In this document: positions 62,409 to 64,000 of the stretch, piece by piece
Layout: the number at the start of each line of letters is the position of its first letter
Numbering within the stretch: position 1 is the stretch's first letter
NCBI GenBank assembly: GCA_030754885.1
Contig: JASLZL010000106.1
Location: forward strand, 1,012 to 65,011
DNA: 64,000 bases
Source of the DNA: Rhodospirillales bacterium
GTDB taxonomy: Bacteria > Pseudomonadota > Alphaproteobacteria > Rhodospirillales > JASLLZ01
Direction: 5' to 3'
Notes under the pieces: model-generated
Databases searched by the model: none
Told to the model about the DNA's origin: nothing
Seen by the model: the letters and a program-made list of their open reading frames with translations, nothing else
Made by a program: the position numbers and the translations under genes

Positions 62409-63551
62409 ATGACCCATCGGCACCGATTTCATTCTGTCCGGCGATGTGTCCAGGCGGGGCTTTTGGCTGCCATCCTCACAGTCTTTACGGCGAAGGCAGC
62501 CGAGGCGCAGGCTCCGGGCGTCTTCGAGGTCAAGGGGGTGGCCGTGGACGTGACGGCGGAAACCGCCGCTCAGGCACGCGGGCGGGCCCTGGCCGAGGGC
62601 GAGGGCGTGGCTTTCCGCAGACTATTGGAACGACTCACCTTGCGCGTCGACCATCCGCGCTTGCCCAGGCCGACCCCGCGTGAGATATCGGTCTACGTTA
62701 GAGACTTCGCGGTGGCCGACGAAAAAACTTCGGCGGTGCGTTATCTGGCGCGCTTAAGTTTTCGTTTTCGGGCTAGTTCGATTCGCCGCCTGTTGAGCGA
62801 TAGCAACGTGGCGTTCGCGGAGACCCCAAGCAAGCCGGTCCTGGTGCTACCCGTCTATCAGGCCGCCGGGGCCCTGCTTTTGTGGGACGACCCGAACCCT
62901 TGGCGTGATGCTTGGAAGGCGGTGCCACCCCTCGATGGCCTGGTTCCTCTGTCCCTGCCCCTGGGTGATTTGGCCGACATTGCGGCAATTGGGGCGGAAC
63001 AGGCGGTGAAGGGAGAAGCCCGGCGTCTGAACGCCATAGCCGCCCGCTACGGCGCCGGCGACGCGATCGTCGCACACGGCACTCTTGGCATCAGCGCCCG
63101 CCTCGGTCGGCCCGAGTTGGAGGTCTTCGTCACCCGTTACGGTACCGCGTTGCAAGAGCAGACCATCGTCAAGTCCTTCTCGGCCACCGAGGGGGAGGAG
63201 ATCGACGGACTGCTCGGACGCGCCGCCTTGGAACTGGCTCGCCAGGTCGAGGATAACTGGAGGAAGGGCAACCTCCTCCAATTCGAGACGAGCGCGGTGG
63301 CAGCGGCAAAGGTTCCCATAGGGCGCCTTAATGACTGGCTTGAGGTGCGCAAGCGGCTCTCGCGTATTGCCGTGGTGGGCCGCGTCGATATGATCTTGAT
63401 TTCCCTCGACGAGGTGCGCATCAACCTTCATTATTTCGGCTCAGAGGAACAACTTGTCGTCGCCCTCGAACAGGCCGATCTGGTAATGTCGGAGGAGGAC
63501 GGCGAATGGGTGCTTGGTTTGGCTTCCTCTTCAGTACCAGGAAAAACGTAG
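62409..63551 (+). CDS. DUF2066-like periplasmic protein
   Basis: ATG at 62409. Signal peptide ...LLAAILTVFTAKAAEAQA. PGVFEVKGVAVDVTAETAAQARGRALAEGEGVAFRRLLERLT resembles DUF2066 N-termini. The family name is from memory. Confidence 0.6.
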   Translation: MTHRHRFHSVRRCVQAGLLAAILTVFTAKAAEAQAPGVFEVKGVAVDVTAETAAQARGRALAEGEGVAFRRLLERLTLRVDHPRLPRPTPREISVYVRDFAVADEKTSAVRYLARLSFRFRASSIRRLLSDSNVAFAETPSKPVLVLPVYQAAGALLLWDDPNPWRDAWKAVPPLDGLVPLSLPLGDLADIAAIGAEQAVKGEARRLNAIAARYGAGDAIVAHGTLGISARLGRPELEVFVTRYGTALQEQTIVKSFSATEGEEIDGLLGRAALELARQVEDNWRKGNLLQFETSAVAAAKVPIGRLNDWLEVRKRLSRIAVVGRVDMILISLDEVRINLHYFGSEEQLVVALEQADLVMSEEDGEWVLGLASSSVPGKT

Positions 63552-63561
63552 TCAGGCGCCC

Positions 63562-64000
63562 GTGAATATTCCTAACCTGATCTCTCTTGGACGTCTGTTG
63601 GCCGCCCCCGTCATGGTGTGGCTAATTCTTGATGCGCGTCTGGCAGAAGCCTTTGTGCTATTCATCGTGGCCGGCGTCAGCGATGCCGTCGACGGTTTCA
63701 TCGCCAAGCGCTTTAACGCCGAAACCGCCTTCGGTAAGTTCCTTGACCCTCTCGCCGACAAGGCGCTCTTGGTCTGCGTATACGTTAGCCTGGCCCAAGC
63801 CGGTCACTTGGCGATCTGGTTGGCGATCATGGTCGTTTTCCGCGACGCCGTCATTGTCGGCGGCGCCATCTTATTTCACACTTTGAGCCATTCCCTATCC
63901 ATGCGCCCGCTACGCATCAGCAAGGTCAATACCGCGGCTCAGATAGTCCTTGCCGCCGCCGTATTGGGGTCTTCGGGTTTTGGGGTCGAGGGCACGCTTT
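63562..64000 (+). CDS. pgsA: CDP-alcohol phosphatidyltransferase (PgsA-like), 5' part, runs off the window
   Basis: GTG at 63562 (VNIPNLISLGRLLAAPVMVWLIL). Motif DAVDGFIAKRFNAETAFGKFLDPLADK (D-x2-DG-x2-AR-x8-G-x3-D-x3-D). Open to the window end, so absent from the ORF track. Confidence 0.8.
   Translation, partial: MNIPNLISLGRLLAAPVMVWLILDARLAEAFVLFIVAGVSDAVDGFIAKRFNAETAFGKFLDPLADKALLVCVYVSLAQAGHLAIWLAIMVVFRDAVIVGGAILFHTLSHSLSMRPLRISKVNTAAQIVLAAAVLGSSGFGVEGTL

Noticed and set aside
1-64000. Search for tRNA, rRNA, tmRNA, integrase, phage or known defence-system genes
   Set aside because: No intergenic region has cloverleaf-compatible sequence or rRNA-like conservation by eye. No ORF shows integrase, recombinase, nuclease-helicase or other defence hallmark motifs. 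tRNAscan-SE, Infernal and DefenseFinder runs would be needed to confirm their absence.

Overview
High-GC alphaproteobacterial chromosome segment. The gene order looks Rhodospirillales-like, but that is an inference from synteny, not a database result. I support about 60 protein-coding genes and recognise no rRNA, tRNA or CRISPR array. Most of the window is conserved housekeeping backbone: purF-cvpA-radA-alr-dnaB; rplI-DUF2232-rpsR-rpsF, divergent from fabD-fabG-acpP-fabF-mltG; yicC-gmk; rsmA-pdxA-surA-lptD-lptG-lptF; pepA-holC; an ABC-F ATPase; ndk; purN-purM; DUF2066-pgsA. Three accessory blocks interrupt it. (1) 2771-13709 is a catabolic-looking island with three tightly coupled DadA-like FAD oxidoreductase paralogs, divergent from an Fe3+/AfuA-type ABC importer, two xylose-isomerase-like TIM-barrel paralogs and a DeoR regulator; the substrate is unknown. 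(2) 20761-22807 is a lower-GC decayed patch between dnaB and rplI, holding a CFA-synthase 3' pseudogene, an orphan 288-aa membrane protein and a transposase remnant. (3) 40235-55418 is a ~15 kb block wedged into the normally contiguous divergent pair lptFG | pepA-holC. It carries duplicated GlcD-like flavoenzymes, an orphan HyuB, a tandem-DUF1330 protein, Sua5/TsaC, and an unusually wired AmmeMemoRadiSam module (Memo-AMMECR1 fusion + CysQ-type phosphatase, divergent from a radical SAM enzyme + flippase-like membrane protein) next to a B12-radical-SAM + large polytopic membrane protein operon. This last cluster is my best candidate for an undescribed envelope or lipid-modification system. All family calls come from motif recognition by eye; no searches were run. 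Many long antisense ORFs in the track are GC-driven shadow ORFs and were discarded. Several track ORFs have 5' extensions running into upstream genes, and I trimmed those to internal starts.
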